64,000 nt of DNA from Octopus bimaculoides. Its lineage: Eukaryota. Of the stretch, positions 1-13,673 are shown in pieces. How positions within the stretch are numbered: position 1 is the stretch's first letter; each line of letters starts with the position of its first letter. The notes beneath the pieces are model-generated. The model made no database searches, was not told the origin of the DNA, and worked only from the letters and a program-made list of their open reading frames with translations. Made by a program: the position numbers and the translations under genes. The stretch covers positions 13,322,937 through 13,386,936 of the forward strand of contig NC_069002.1 in assembly GCF_001194135.2 (NCBI RefSeq). The letters are read 5' to 3'.

Positions 1-300
1 CCTGTCTGGCCTTGTGGGACTGGTGCTTTTGGTACTCTGTGATCACATCATTCACTCTTCTCCGTTGTCATAATAACTGTCTTTTACTACATTTGATGTG
101 GCAGTCAGTGGTGACCAATTCAAAGTTACAATGAATAGGAACAGTGCAAGTCTATCTCCTTACAGTACTCCGACCAGGATCTCAAAGAAATCTGTGTCAC
201 CATCAGGTGATAAAAACCCAAGTGACAGTATCTTTGTTGAGAATGTGGATTGTATCTATGATGGTTCCTGGGATACAATATGTCTTGAGAATCTACAGCA
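1..300 (-). mobile_element. Degenerate RTE-clade LINE reverse transcriptase fragment
   Basis: The minus strand of about 118-210 reads SPDGDTDFFEILVGVL*GDRLALFLFIVTLN, matching the RT motif GV(L/R)QGD.L.P.LF with a stop replacing Q. It is preceded by DTIHILNKDT. Confidence 0.75.
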
Positions 301-351
301 GTTTGACTCAGTAAATTGATTATAGTTCTGCTTAGTCAAGGCTGACCTAGG

Positions 352-383
<32 letters not shown>

Positions 384-1170
384 GCCTGTCTCAACATGCT
401 GATTGTTGTCTTCACTGAAATCCATTCCATGCCCAACACCAACTATTTCTGTTTCCTCCTTATTACTACATCTCTCACTTCCACTGTCAACCAAAGGGGA
501 AACCACTATGCAGTCATTTGATCTGCTGAAAAATAGCAACCAAATTTAACCTCAAATCGCATTCTGCTGTCTTAAAAAACGGAGGGACATGATGCAGTCT
601 TGGATATTCTAGAAGACTTGTTTATATAGCATACATGGCATGCTATACAAGCTCATCCACCTATATCATTGTCAGAGCACGTAGATTATAGTAGTTCACA
701 TTTAAATCCTGTGTTTATTAAATAACACACACACACGCTTGAAGATGGTTCATTGAATCAAGTACAAGTGAGGGATAATATATAAACAACTGTAATAACA
801 CAATTATCTCCCTTACAACTGTTTTACATCTTTCACACAGAGAAACAAAAACATTGTGTATGTGTGTATGTAGGNNNNNNNNNNGGGGGGGGGGGGTGCA
901 CGTGCAGAGTTTTCATTGTTATTGTTTTCTGTCATCTTATGTAAGCTGATCATGCAGTATCCGTTCCCCCCTCTCAGTTTTCTCTTTATATCTCTCTCTC
1001 TCCCTCCTCCTCTCATTAACACTTAGTACATTTAATCTGTCATATGGCCTTGGGTGCATTTACCAAGCATTTGGATGTGACCTTCCGCTCACACTTACTC
1101 CTACCACCCCTACAAGAAAGAGCATCAGTGTTGTTCTTCATCCACCAAGTACCCATAATGTGTGTGTGTG

Positions 1171-1210
<40 letters not shown>

Positions 1211-1229
1211 CACCACTATCGCTCATAAC

Positions 1230-1270
<41 letters not shown>

Positions 1271-1291
1271 TACACATGCACATACATTATA

Positions 1292-1453
1292 GGTGCAGGG
1301 GTGGCTGTCTGGTAAGAAGCTTGCTTCCCAACCACATGGTTCCGGGTTCAGTCTCACTTCATGGCACCTTGGGCAAGTGTCTTCCACTATAACCTTGGGC
1401 TGACCAAAGCCTTGTGAGTGGATTGGATCGACAGAAACTAAAAAGGGCCCATC
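1292..1453 (+). mobile_element. tRNA-derived SINE, family A (CORE/MIR-like CCTTGGGCAAG body)
   Basis: A-box TGGCTGTCTGGTAAG, B-box GGTTCAGTCTC, then GGCACCTTGGGCAAGTGTCTTC, ending in a microsatellite. Other approximate copies: 11036-11200(+), 17176-17305(-), 19302-19460(-), 27301-27630(+, two copies), 31981-32045(+), 33733-33832(-), 38155-38475(-), 39713-39783(-), 42805-42962(-). Confidence 0.8.
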
Positions 1454-1659
1454 ACACACATGCACACACACACACACACACACATACACACACACACACA
1501 TAACCAGACTGGAACCTGACGCAGCTCTCCAGCCTGCCAGCCCTGGTCAAACTGTCCAACCCATGCCAGCATCATCATCCTTTAATGGACGTTAAAGATG
1601 ATGATGATGGTGAAGGGCAATAAAGAAAACAGTTCAGTAGTTTTCATTTTTAGGGTGGT

Positions 1660-1704
<45 letters not shown>

Positions 1705-2139
1705 NNNNNNNNNNTATATATATATATATATATATATGCCTGTTTCTACCTGCTTCTTCCTCATTAGCGTTGGTGTTTGTGTTGGTGAGACCTGCTTGCT
1801 TGTGCACACTTGTTTCTCATTTTCCACTGCTGATGTCATAACCATCATCATCATTGTAGTGGTTATAATTGTCATCGTCATCATCCATGAATGGGGTTTA
1901 ATGGCCAATCCCAATCAGTCGGGATTCGCAATATGGGTCATTCTATTTTGTCCTTTTGATCGTTGAATACAAAATTTTGTCCGAGGTTGACTTTGCATTT
2001 CATCCTTTCGGGGTCGGGAAATTGTCAGTAGAGTACTGGAGTTGATGTAATCAGCTTATCCATTCCTCCGAAATGGATGCCCTTGTGGCAAAATTTGAAA
2101 TCATTATTATTATTATCATTATCATCATTATTATTATTA

Positions 2140-2340
2140 TTAGTCGTGCAGGTGACACGTAAAAGCACCCACTACACTCTCGGAGTGGTTGGCGTTAGGA
2201 AGGGCATCCAGCTGTAGAAATTCTGCCAAATCAGATTGGAGCCTGGTGTTGCCATCTGGTTTCACCAGTCCTCAGTCATATCGTCCAACCCATGCTAGCA
2301 TGGAAAGCAGACGTTAAACGATGATGATGATGATGATGAT
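2140..2340 (+). mobile_element. Retroposon 3' tail, family B (ends CCAACCCATGCTAGCATGGAAAG..GTTAAA(TGA)n)
   Basis: The same tail recurs at about 1500-1610, 17850-18000(-), 21600-21810, 28450-28535, 30330-30460, 31480-31650, 34325-34690(-), 36270-36690, 42570-42650 and 43790-44340. Variable 5' truncation and a (GAT)n tail are typical of LINE/SINE 3' ends. Confidence 0.75.
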
Positions 2341-3539
2341 GAGATATATATANNNNNNNNNNNNNNNNNNNNNNNNNNNNNNNNNNNNNNNNNNNNNNNN
2401 NNNNNNNNNNNNNNNNNNNNNNNNNNNNNNNNNNNNNNNNNNNNNNNNNNNNNNNNNNNNNNNNNNNNNNNNNNNNNNNNNNNNNNNNNNNNNNNNNNNN
2501 NNNNNNNNNNNNNNNNNNNNNNNNNNNNNNNNNNNNNNNNNNNNNNNNNNNNNNNNNNNNNNNNNNNNNNNNNNNNNNNNNNNNNNNNNNNNNNNNNNNN
2601 NNNNNNNNNNNNNNNNNNNNNNNNNNNNNNNNNNNNNNNNNNNNNNNNNNNNNNNNNNNNNNNNNNNNNNNNNNNNNNNNNNNNNNNNNNNNNNNNNNNN
2701 NNNNNNNNNNNNNNNNNNNNNNNNNNNNNNNNNNNNNNNNNNNNNNNNNNNNNNNNNNNNNNNNNNNNNNNNNNNNNNNNNNNNNNNNNNNNNNNNNNNN
2801 NNNNNNNNNNNNNNNNNNNNNNNNNNNNNNNNNNNNNNNNNNNNNNNNNNNNNNNNNNNNNNNNNNNNNNNNNNNNNNNNNNNNNNNNNNNNNNNNNNNN
2901 NNNNNNNNNNNNNNNNNNNNNNNNNNNNNNNNNNNNNNNNNNNNNNNNNNNNNNNNNNNNNNNNNNNNNNNNNNNNNNNNNNNNNNNNNNNNNNNNNNNN
3001 NNNNNNNNNNNNNNNNNNNNNNNNNNNNNNNNNNNNNNNNNNNNNNNNNNNNNNNNNNNNNNNNNNNNNNNNNNNNNNNNNNNNNNNNNNNNNNNNNNNN
3101 NNNNNNNNAGTGCATATCTCTAAGGTTTCTTAATTGGTTTAGGCAACAATTTTTCCCCCCTTAATTTTCTTCATTGATTAATCATGAACAAAATCTGTTT
3201 ATACATGGCACTGGTACTGTTTGTGTGATGGCCACTGTCACTTTTCTTTGTGAGACACAGACCAAAAAGGGAAACAGTGACCAACTGCCTACTTATACAA
3301 GAAATGGTTAATTTATTATTCCTTTTAACTGGGGTCTTGCATGCTTAATGGGCTTAAGGCCGGAAATTTTTGGGGAGGGGACTGATACTTAATTTATCGA
3401 CCCTGAAAGGGTGAAAGTCAAAGTCAACCTTGGCAGAATTTGAACTCAGAATGTAAAGATGGATGAAATGCTGCTAAGCATTCTGCTCGGTGTATTAACG
3501 ATTCTGCTCGGTGTATTAACGATTCTGCACAATCCTCTT

Positions 3540-3835
3540 AAGTACAAAATAGCCCAGCTAATGAAGATGAAGAAGATAGTGCCAATTATTGTTGGGTTCT
3601 TGGGGACAGTCTCTGAAGGCATCAAGAGGAAAACAAAGGAAATCGGAATAGAATGCCCAGTAGAATTGTTACAAAAGACTTGCCTCCTTGGCACAGACAG
3701 AATAATCAGGAAAGTATTACATAGTTGGAAAGAACAAATAGCACTGTACCGTAGGCTGCAAGCAGCAAGCCCGATACGCATGCAAGACTCCAGGAGTTCC
3801 AACAAAACCCTAGTTAAAAAGAATAATAATAAATT
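3540..3835 (+). mobile_element. C-terminal fragment of a REL-endonuclease non-LTR retrotransposon (CRE/R4/NeSL-like)
   Basis: KYKIAQLMKMKKIVPIIVGFLGTVSEGIKRKTKEIGIECPVELLQKTCLLGTDRIIRKVL matches the KY...P(I/V)(I/V)(V/I)G.LG...LQK..LLGT..I.RKVL terminus. An (AAT)n tail follows. Confidence 0.75.
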
Positions 3836-4183
3836 AACAGGAGTTAAGAAAATATTTATTTTCCTCTGAACCGTTTCTTGCATAAGAAGGCAGTTGTTCA
3901 CTGGTTCCCTGTTTCGTCTGTTTCTCGCAAAGAAAAGTTATTGTTATTATTCTAAAGGGATCCAGGGTATATAGTAATTACAGTTGTGGGTGGTACATAA
4001 CGAACCTATGGAAGGACACACATAGATGTAGTGAGTCACTTAATGTGAATAATCGTCACCACCTCCATCTTCTATCCCGGATCATGCTGTCTCGCTGCCG
4101 GGATCTTGTTGACTTTGTAAATCTGGCTTCAAGTCACTCACACACGTCATTATTAGAATAACTGGAGAAATTATGAAACAAGG

Positions 4184-4223
<40 letters not shown>

Positions 4224-5261
4224 CTCTCCTTCCTCCTCTAATTCTATTTAAGTGCTGTCAAAGTGGGGAGGAAAACCCACATTTAATTCCTTTTTTTTCT
4301 TTCTTTTTTTCTTTTTCTTTTACTGAGTTTTCTTTGTGGTTATTTTAGTGCTTTCTTTTTATTTTTGTTCTTGATTTTGTATTTTTTTTTAATCCCCTTT
4401 TCATGGACATTTTCAACATACTTCAGATCCACTACTATAACTTAAAAGTTACAGTCGTCGNNNNNNNNNNNNNNNNNNNNNNNNNNNNNNNNNNNNNNNN
4501 NNNNNNNNNNNNNNNNNNNNNNNNNNNNNNNNNNNNNNNNNNNNNNNNNNNNNNNNNNNNNNNNNNNNNNNNNNNNNNNNNNNNNNNNNNNNNNNNNNNN
4601 NNNNNNNNNNNNNNNNNNNNNNNNNNNNNNNNNNNNNNNNNNNNNNNNNNNNNNNNNNNNNNNNNNNNNNNNNNNNNNNNNNNNNNNNNNNNNNNNNNNN
4701 NNNNNNNNNNNCACCTCCACATTCCCTTCCCCCTCACCTCCCTCCTCCTCATCCTTCTCCTCCTCCTCCTCGCTATTTACATTTACCAAAGTTGGTATTG
4801 CATACCACTGTAATTGTTTCTTCTTCCATGTTATTAAATAAACACCGAGCTTGTGATGGATGGCGTCCTGCTTTAAGAAGCAGTTGGGGAGAACAGTGTT
4901 GTTGTTGTTGGTGGTGGGTATGGGAGAATACACATATAAATCCCACCCCCTTTTAATAAAAATAAAATAAGAATAATAAATAGAATTGCAGACAGAAAGT
5001 CCGAAATTACAATTAATGTAAAGTTAATGTTTGGTCTAAGTTATTCAACCATAACAGAATAAAATATTTCAAAAAATAAAGAAAACAAAAAGGCGATGGG
5101 TGTTGTGGTGAGGATGGCAGTGTTGTGGTGGTGGTGGTAGTTGTGGTGCCTGAAATAAAACAACATTAATAAATGCATGTGTCAAGCATGTAGGTGTGGA
5201 GGTGAGAAAGGATAGAGAAATGGTGCATGTAATAGAGAAATAAAGATCCTTCCCAAGTTAC

Positions 5262-5442
5262 AAATAGTTTCCCAGTTTCTGTGGTGCATATATTATTCCC
5301 CTGGATGGGACGCCAGTTTGTTGCAGGATTACTCATTTTTGCCAGCTGAATGGACTGGAGTAATGTGAAATGAAGTGTTTTGCTCAAGAACACAATGCAT
5401 CGCTTGGTCCAGAAATTGAAACCACAGTCTTACAACCACGAG
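5262..5442 (-). mobile_element. tRNA-derived SINE, family F (CTTGAGCAAAACACTTCATTTCAC...CTCCAGTCCA.TCAGCTGG body)
   Basis: Similar copies lie at about 7783-7995(-), 10540-10655(-) and 38560-38900(+). Confidence 0.6.
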
Positions 5443-5981
5443 TAAGGTGGCGAGGTGGCAGAATTGTTAGCACGTTGGACAGAATGCTTAGCAGTATTCT
5501 GTCTGCCCTTACGTTTTACGTTCAAATTCTGCCAAGGTTGACTTTGCCATTCATCCTTTCTGGGTTGATACTGGGGTTTGATGCAATTGACTTACCCACT
5601 CCCTCCAGAATTGCTGGCTTTGTGCCAAAATGTGAAACCAATCTTACAATCATGAGTCTCACACCCNNNNNNNNNNNNNNNNNNNNNNNNNNNNNNNNNN
5701 NNNNNNNNNNNNNNNNNNNNNNNNNNNNNNNNNNNNNNNNNNNNNNNNNNNNNNNNNNNNNNNNNNNNNNNNNNNNNNNNNNNNNNNNNNNNNNNNNNNN
5801 NNNNNNNNNNNNNNNNNNNNNNNNNNNNNNNNNNNNNNNNNNNNNNNNNNNNNNNNNNNNNNNNNNNNNNNNNNNNNNNNNNNNNNNNNNNNNNNNNNNN
5901 NNNNNNNNNNNNNNNNNNNNNNNNNNNNNNNNNNNNNNNNNNNNNNNNNNNNNNNNNNNNNNNNNNNNNNNNNNNNNNNNN

Positions 5982-6055
<74 letters not shown>

Positions 6056-6332
6056 ACTGTCTCCTGGCCTTGATATTGCACGATAGTTGTAAACAAGTGT
6101 CACCATCATGCATGTGATGTCCTTCGTTTCCAATCTTCCATGAAGACATGATCAGAAATGTCTGGCCATGAGAAAATATTACCTTACTTGGAAACATGTG
6201 AGAATTGACAACAGGAAGGGCATCTGGCTGTAGAAAAATCTGCCTCAGCAAATTCCTTCTAACCCATGCAAGCATGGAAAAGTGGGCTTAAAACAATATG
6301 ATGATTGAATTCATATGAGCTTTCTCTTTCTT

Positions 6333-6407
<75 letters not shown>

Positions 6408-6966
6408 NNNNNNNNNNNNNNNNNNNNNNNNNNNNNNNNNNNNNNNNNNNNNNNNNNNNNNNNNNNNNNNNNNNNNNNNNNNNNNNNNNNNNNNNNNNNN
6501 NNNNNNNNNNNNNNNNNNNNNNNNNNNNNNNNNNNNNNNNNNNNNNNNNNNNNNNNNNNNNNNNNNNNNNNNNNNNNNNNNNNNNNNNNNNNNNNNNNNN
6601 NNNNNNNNNNNNNNNNNNNNNNNNNNNNNNNNNNNNNNNNNNNNNNNNNNNNNNNNNNNNNNNNNNNNNNNNNNNNNNNNNNNNNNNNNNNNNNNNNNNN
6701 NNNNNNNNNNNNNNNNNNNNNNNNNNNNNNNNNNNNNNNNNNNNNNNNNNNNNNNNNNNNNNNNNNNNNNNNNNNNNNNNNNNNNNNNNNNNNNNNNNNN
6801 NNNNNNNNNNNNNNNNNNNNNNNNNNNNNNNNNNNNNNNNNNNNNNNNNNNNNNNNNNNNNNNNNNNNNNNNNNNNNNNNNNNNNNNNNNNNNNNNNNNN
6901 NNNNNNNNNNNNNNNNNNNNNNNNNNNNNNNNNNNNNNNNNNNNNNNNNNNNNNNNNNNNNNNNNN

Positions 6967-7007
<41 letters not shown>

Positions 7008-9253
7008 AATGAAAGGCAGAATATGGAATATATGAGAATTTATTATTAATCACAATAATTGTTTTGACACATTTAGCATCGATCCTTCGTGTGTGGGACA
7101 CTTAATAACTGGTTCAGGAGCATCTGGTGGTGCAGATGTGTCTCATCGGGTGATAAATAGACACAACTCATTAAAATAACTGTTCCGCAATGTAACTTCT
7201 CATTTTGTCGAAAGGAAAGCATCTAGACGGAGGAAATCTCTTCATTTACATAGAAGATCGAAAATAAAATCACAGATGGGAAAAAGAGAAACAAACATGT
7301 AAAACAGCGAGAGTAACTGTTAACATAATTTACTTTAAGGTATGGATGACTTAAGTTTACTGTTAACCTCCCCATTCTTACAAGCACCAAGTAGATAGTT
7401 AACTCGCTTTGTGATCATGAGCGCACCAAACCTCACGTGTGTATGCTCACATTTTCACGGACGCTTATATGAGCGAGTACACTCGTGTCATGTAGCTTGC
7501 CTGAGGGCATTTGTACATCCATATTTGTTAACGGTTATTTTTAATAATTTTCTCGCTATATTGTAATATTTCTTCTCGTCCTTGGAATACAAACAAGATA
7601 ATGGTTAGATGTGTTTTCATTGGAGATTGCAACCAAATAACACTTATTCCTGCTGCACTCACTCACTTGGACAAGAAAATCAACCATGCCAACCACACCG
7701 TTCTAAAAGATCTGTGAAAGTAAGGGGCACAGTCCCTTCCTCAGGACTAAATTATTTAAAAAGTAAAGGAAAGTTACCTTCTCGACTCATAAGGGCCGGT
7801 TTCCTGGTTTCCATGGCATATATATTCCCCACCTGGATGGGATGCCAGTCTGTTGCAGGATTACTCATTTTTGCCAGCTGAGTGCAACGTGGAATGAAGT
7901 GTTTTGCTCAAGAACACAATGTGTCACCTGGTCCAGGAATCAAAACCACAATCTTACGATCATGAGTCCAACACTAACCACTAAGCCACGCACCCCTACT
8001 ATTTAAAAAATGGCTTCTAAATCTCCTATCAGCTTCCTTCAATCTTCTGCCAACCGCCAGACAAGGGAAGTTACCCTTATTCAATCCCTTTACTTCACCT
8101 CTTGCCTCTTTTAATTTTTTGATACTCTGACTTTCATTTTTACCGAATTCCCTTATGTATGTCTGTTTTAAAATAGGGTAATAGAAGAGGCCACTTAAAA
8201 GGTTAGCAACACTGCTTCAAAAGCTCTTCCAACCCATGCCAGAATAGAAAAGTGGACTTAAAAATGCTCCCGTCGATACTGGGGATGACATTATCCTCAT
8301 CATCATTTCGTTAACTGCACTAATTTAATCTCCCTCGTGTATTACACATATCTCTGATTTACAAACATCAGACAGTATTATATCTAGAATCTACGTAATT
8401 CAATGTGTCATTCCTTAAATGTAAATTGAGAGCAATTTAGCTCTTATTTCTAGTAGGTTGGACGACTAATGGAGCTTTTACTCTGAGGTTTAGCAAAGTC
8501 TATTTAGTGTTTGTGTGAGTGTGTCAGATTGTTTCACCTGCCTCATCAACGCCACCACATTGCCTGTTGCATGTTCTGAATAGAGAATAGAACAAAATAG
8601 TTCAGTACTTTGAGGGTGTGGTGACCTTATCTGTTGTAGAAAGAATAGGGGNNNNNNNNNNNNNNNNNNNNNNNNNNNNNNNNNNNNNNNNNNNNNNNNN
8701 NNNNNNNNNNNNNNNNNNNNNNNNNNNNNNNNNNNNNNNNNNNNNNNNNNNNNNNNNNNNNNNNNNNNNNNNNNNNNTTTGTTTTGTTTTGTTTTTCATG
8801 TTTGCATGCCATTTCTAGCTACAACCACTTTATCTAAGAAGGTGGTGGCACTGATGAATTCTGTCTCACACACACGCACACACACACACAAACGAGCATG
8901 CGCGTACACACACACAAACGAGCATGCGCGTACACACACACACATACACAACACACACACATACACACACACACATACACACACACAAACAAAAGAATGT
9001 TTGCTAAATAGAATTAAAATAGGATTTGGGTGGTAGTAGTCATAGCAGTAGTGGTGTTGTTGTTAGTGGTAGGTGCAGCTGTGTTGGTGGTGGTGGGGAC
9101 GGTGGTATGTTTTCTTCTGTAGCCCTGAACCAACCGAGGTTTTGTGAGTAGATGGAAACTGAAAGAAGCCCATCATGTATATAAATGTGCAAGTATCTAA
9201 TTTTGAAAATGATTAAAAATTTGGATGGATTTAGTCAACTAACTTTGTCATTA

Positions 9254-9613
9254 CAGTAACCCCTCAATCATTACAGGTGTTACATTCCCAAAACCCCTGC
9301 GATAGGTGAAAATCTGCGAAATGGAAACAGTACTGTGCTGTATATTTTTAAAATTATTTTTATAATTTGTTTATATTTATTTTATCAATTGCAGCGTGGA
9401 AGGTGTTTATAAGCCATTTAAATGGCTTAAAAGCACCTTCCACGCTGCAATTGTTTTTGTTCCAGCACACGATCTCAGATCAGGTCACTTGCTATGCAAG
9501 TACATCTCTGTAATTTATTTTATCATAAATGCAAAACAACACCATAGAGGAATCAACATAAGCTTAAATAATGAACTATGATAAGCGAACTGCGATATGG
9601 TGAGGGATCACTG
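9254..9613. mobile_element. Tigger/pogo-type MITE
   Basis: TA|CAGTAACCCCTCAATCATTACAGG on the left. The right end reverse complement is TA|CAGTGATCCCTCACCATATCGCAG. TA flanks both ends and there is no ORF. Confidence 0.65.
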
Positions 9614-9886
9614 TAGTGGGTTGCTGTTTGGAATATAACAAGAAGTTCATAAATAAAACATAATGGAAGATTTTCTTTTAGTTTAGATAAGAACTTTTTT
9701 TTTTTTAAATGAGAAATTTTCTGTTATAAAACCAGAAGTAGTCTCANNNNNNNNNNNNNNNNNNNNNNNNNNNNNNNNNNNNNNNNNNNNNNNNNNNNNN
9801 NNNNNNNNNNNNNNNNNNNNNNNNNNNNNNNNNNNNNNNNNNNNNNNNNNNNNNNNNNNNNNNNNNNNNNNNNNNNNNNNNNNNNN

Positions 9887-10233
9887 CGGTCATAGGATCG
9901 CGGTTTCGATTCCCAGACCGGGCGTTGTGAGTGTTTATTGAGCGAAAACACCTAAAGCTCCACAAGGCTCCGGCAGGGGATGGTGGCGAACCCTGCTGTA
10001 CTCTTCCACCACAACTTTCTCTCACTCTTACTTCCTGTTTCTGTTGTGCCTGTAATTCAAAGGGTCAGCCTTGTCACACTGTGTCACACTGAATATCCCC
10101 GAGAACTACGTTAAGGGTACACGTGTCTGTGGAGTGCTCAGCCACTTGCACGTTAATTTCACGAGCAAGTTGTTCCGTTGATCAGATCAACTGGAACCCT
10201 TGACGTCGTAAGCGACGGAGTGCCAACAACAAT
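9887..10233 (+). mobile_element. Young tRNA-derived SINE, family E (about 380 bp)
   Basis: Nearly identical to the reverse complement of 41462-41801, 41813-42147 and 47025-47368. The head shows B-box GGTTTCGATTCCC and the element ends in a (CAA)n tail. Confidence 0.8.
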
Positions 10234-10991
10234 AGGCTCAACTCAGTTAGTGTTAAAAGGGTTTAGTTAAAAAGCAATTTTAGACTTCATTTTATCTTCA
10301 GTTCATCATCATCATTTAATGTCTCCTGTTCTATGCTAGTATGGGTTGGCTGGTTCAACCAGGATCTGACAGATCCAAGGGTTGCATTGTGTTCCAGTGT
10401 TCATGTGATCGTGTGAGCGACCAGGCTATCAGATGTTGTTATACACTGCTGGACACAATGTATTTTTGCATTGTTTTAGCCTTCAAGTAACGCCACCCCA
10501 CTGACTTGATGAGCAGGTCAACATTCCCCCCTGATCAAAAGAGGGTCTGGAGCAATGTGAAATGAAGTGTCTTGCTCAAGAACACAACACGCTGCCCAGC
10601 CAGGGAATCAAACCAGCAATCAGGAGTACAACAGCCTAACTACTAAGCGAAACACCTTCATTTCCAGTGTTATCTTCCTAAAACCCAGTGTATTCCACCA
10701 TATCCTCCTCATATTCTCATTGTATTTTCTTTTCTTTTTTTTTATATTTTTATTTCAAATTTTGGTTTATGCAGTGTTTTTTTTCGTTTTCTTTTTGTCT
10801 TGTTTTCAAACCTGAGGTTAGCATTCTTGGCACAGTTTCTTACAACAAACTGTTTTCTTTCTCTAACCTTCTTTCTCTAATCCATTCAAGAATATATCTG
10901 ACACAAGTTGTTGTTGTTTTCTACTGTGTTTGTTTATTTAGTAAATATAAATGATTTTAATGACTCATTGTGAGGTCATAGCTAGTCATGC

Positions 10992-11025
<34 letters not shown>

Positions 11026-11450
11026 TATCTATATTGGTGCAGGAATGACTGTGTGGATTTGGAAGCTTTCTTCCCAACAATGTGGTCTTAGGTTCAGTCC
11101 CTCAGCGTGGCACTATGGGCAAGTGTTTTCTACTATAGCCCCAGACCAACCAATTCCTTGTGAGTGAATTTGGTAGATGAAAACTGAAAGAAGCCTGCCA
11201 TGTATACACACACACATGCACACGTATATAAGCAACAAAATTTTTTGAAATAACTGACTATAAGGAATAAATGAATGATTATCCAATCAATACTTGGAAT
11301 TAATGATAGTTTGCGTCTAAATTAAAGTACAGCTCCACATCATTAAACTTTGATTAGTTCAATCTGAAAGGATATTAAAGTGAAGACCCTGAAGAAACTG
11401 CACCCGTATTAGAGTAATGCTGCAATTGCAATGGTTACTAACCAAATACA

Positions 11451-11492
<42 letters not shown>

Positions 11493-11685
11493 CGCTTTTA
11501 CATGTGGGTTTCAGTATTTGTCTCACACTAATTATCTACATTAATTACAAAAAAAAAAAAAGTAATGAAAAAATATTAAAAAAATATTTAATTAAACAAA
11601 TTTGACACATTCAGAAAATAATAAAGAAAAAATTAGAGAATTTCTCAGTTTTTTATTTGTTATCATCATCATCATCATCATGATT

Positions 11686-11726
<41 letters not shown>

Positions 11727-11931
11727 CATTAATTAGTGTTGGATTAAAAGATATTTGAATAAGATCTCTCTCAGACTGTTTCAGAAACATTAGAATAATG
11801 ATAATAATAATAATAATAATAATAATTTTTTTTATTTGTTGCGATTAACCTAGTTTACTGTGTACACGTCTAGACTATTTTAAGTTGCTGTAAGGCAGTT
11901 TTATTGCATCTGTCAAACACAGCCAACTCTA

Positions 11932-12615
11932 TGAGGTACATTCCAAAAGCTTTGAGACATTTTCTGGAGAGACATTTATTAATTTCAAAGAAGTACAAAA
12001 CTCTAATCTCCTTCAGGGTAGGATCTTCTGACTGCAATGCACTTGTAGTGCTCCAACCATTTTGTGAAGGCCCCATGGAAGTCCTCTGAAGTGACGGTGT
12101 CCGGGACCCTTGTTTCAGCCTCCCTCATCTTCTCGATATTTTCAACAAAAAAAACCCCCCAAAAAACCCGACTACCTCTGAAGTATGTCTTCAGCTTGTG
12201 GAACAACCAAAAGTCACAGGGAGCAAGGTCAGGACTTTAGGGATGGTGAGGGATGACAGTCTTGATGCCCACCTCTGTCAAGTGTTGGTTGCCAGGATGG
12301 AATTGTGAACTGGTGCATTGTCTTGGTCCAGGTGCTCAAGCCTTTTGCAATGTAATCTCTTCCTGAACTCCCTCAAAACCCCTACAAAGCACTCTTTTTT
12401 TTACTGTCTAGCCAGAGGGGACCCAGTGGCAGTAGTTGATGTCCTTGCTGTCGAAAAAGGGGATCATCATAAGCTTCCCAATGGACTTACTTTGCCTAGT
12501 CTCTTGTGGCAGCGAAAAACAAATGCTTGGCTCACACAAGTTAACCTATAAGAAGTCTGGAGCATAAATTTCTGTAGCGTTTTTGCCCAGTTTAACACAA
12601 AACTTAACCACGCAC
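11932..12615 (-). mobile_element. Internally deleted mariner (DD34D-type) remnant
   Basis: The minus strand gives VKFCVKLGKNATEIY (HTH start) fused to KLMMIPFFDSK...DQDNAPVHNSI...SPDLAPCDFWLFHKLK...KCIAVRRSYPEGD*. A TIR-like TA|TGAGGTACATTCCAAAAGCTTTGAGAC lies at 11930. Confidence 0.75.
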
Positions 12616-12734
12616 ACATACACACACACATTTTGATATTTCACTTAGGCATAGTGATAATAATAACCTGGTGTTAGAACGCAGTTTACTCGTGCTTCGG
12701 AATGAAGTGTTCGTCAAGTTCAGAATGTAATGTG

Positions 12735-12945
12735 AAATTAAATAACAAAGGAATAAAAATATTGCTATGAACTTCATTAGCATACAGTTGTTTCTGCTAT
12801 AAATTGCAGTGCACTCATAGTTGAAGCTCTGATGAAATTATAGGGTGATACTCAAGCACTCAACTATGAATGCATTGTTTCTCACAACAGAAACAGCTGT
12901 AAGCTAATGAAGTCCAAAACATAATTGTTTATTCCTATGTCATTC
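12735..12945. repeat. Imperfect long palindrome (foldback/MITE-like)
   Basis: 12771-12796 matches the reverse complement of 12888-12913 at 24/26 positions. TCATAGTTGA at 12815-24 is a perfect inverted copy of 12860-69. Confidence 0.75.
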
Positions 12946-13556
12946 TATTTAATTATATAAAATTCATTTTAATGTCCACTAGGATTGAACTTGGGGCCTC
13001 ATGGTTACAAAGTCAACTTCTTAACCACTCAGCCATGGTGGCGTCCCGTGTCACTGTTGAACAGCAAAAAATTTGGTCTTCATTATGATATTGGTTCTAA
13101 TTAAGCTCTGAGTTCAAATCCTGGGATGGTCAACAGTGCCTTTCATCCTTCCAGATTCAATGAAATAAAATATCCATTAAGAACTAAGGTTGATCGAATC
13201 AATTAGCAAAATTCCCTCCAAAATTTCTTACCTTGGATCTTTGTTGCAAATCATTTTTATGCTGTATCTCAGTGGCCCATAGCTAGGCCCTGGTTGGCTT
13301 TTGCTCTTTGTTTAAACTCCAAGGTCAATAGAATAGGTACCCAGTCTCATAAGAATTTCTGATGTTGATGCCATCAATTGAAATAATCCTTGGAGGAGGT
13401 GCCCCAGCATGGCCACAGTCCAATGATAGAAATAGCAAAAGAATAGGATACATGTATGTGTGTGTATTATATATGTGTATTATCTTTTCACATGACCTGT
13501 CTGAACCAACAAAATTGCCAATCCTGCATCTGTCTGTCTATTGGTCTGTCTACATT

Positions 13557-13673
13557 ATCTATCTATCTATCTATCTACCTACCTACCACTTACCTACCTG
13601 CCTGCCTACCTACCACTTACCTACCCACCCATCCACCCACCTACCTACCCACCCATCCACCTACCTACCTACC
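13557..13673 (+). repeat. Compound tetranucleotide microsatellite (CTAT/CTAC/CCAC)n
   Basis: Read directly from the sequence. Confidence 0.9.

Noticed and set aside
98-319. 73-aa plus-strand ORF that looks like a real exon
   Set aside because: It is the antisense of a decayed RTE reverse transcriptase. The recognisable RT motif is on the minus strand.
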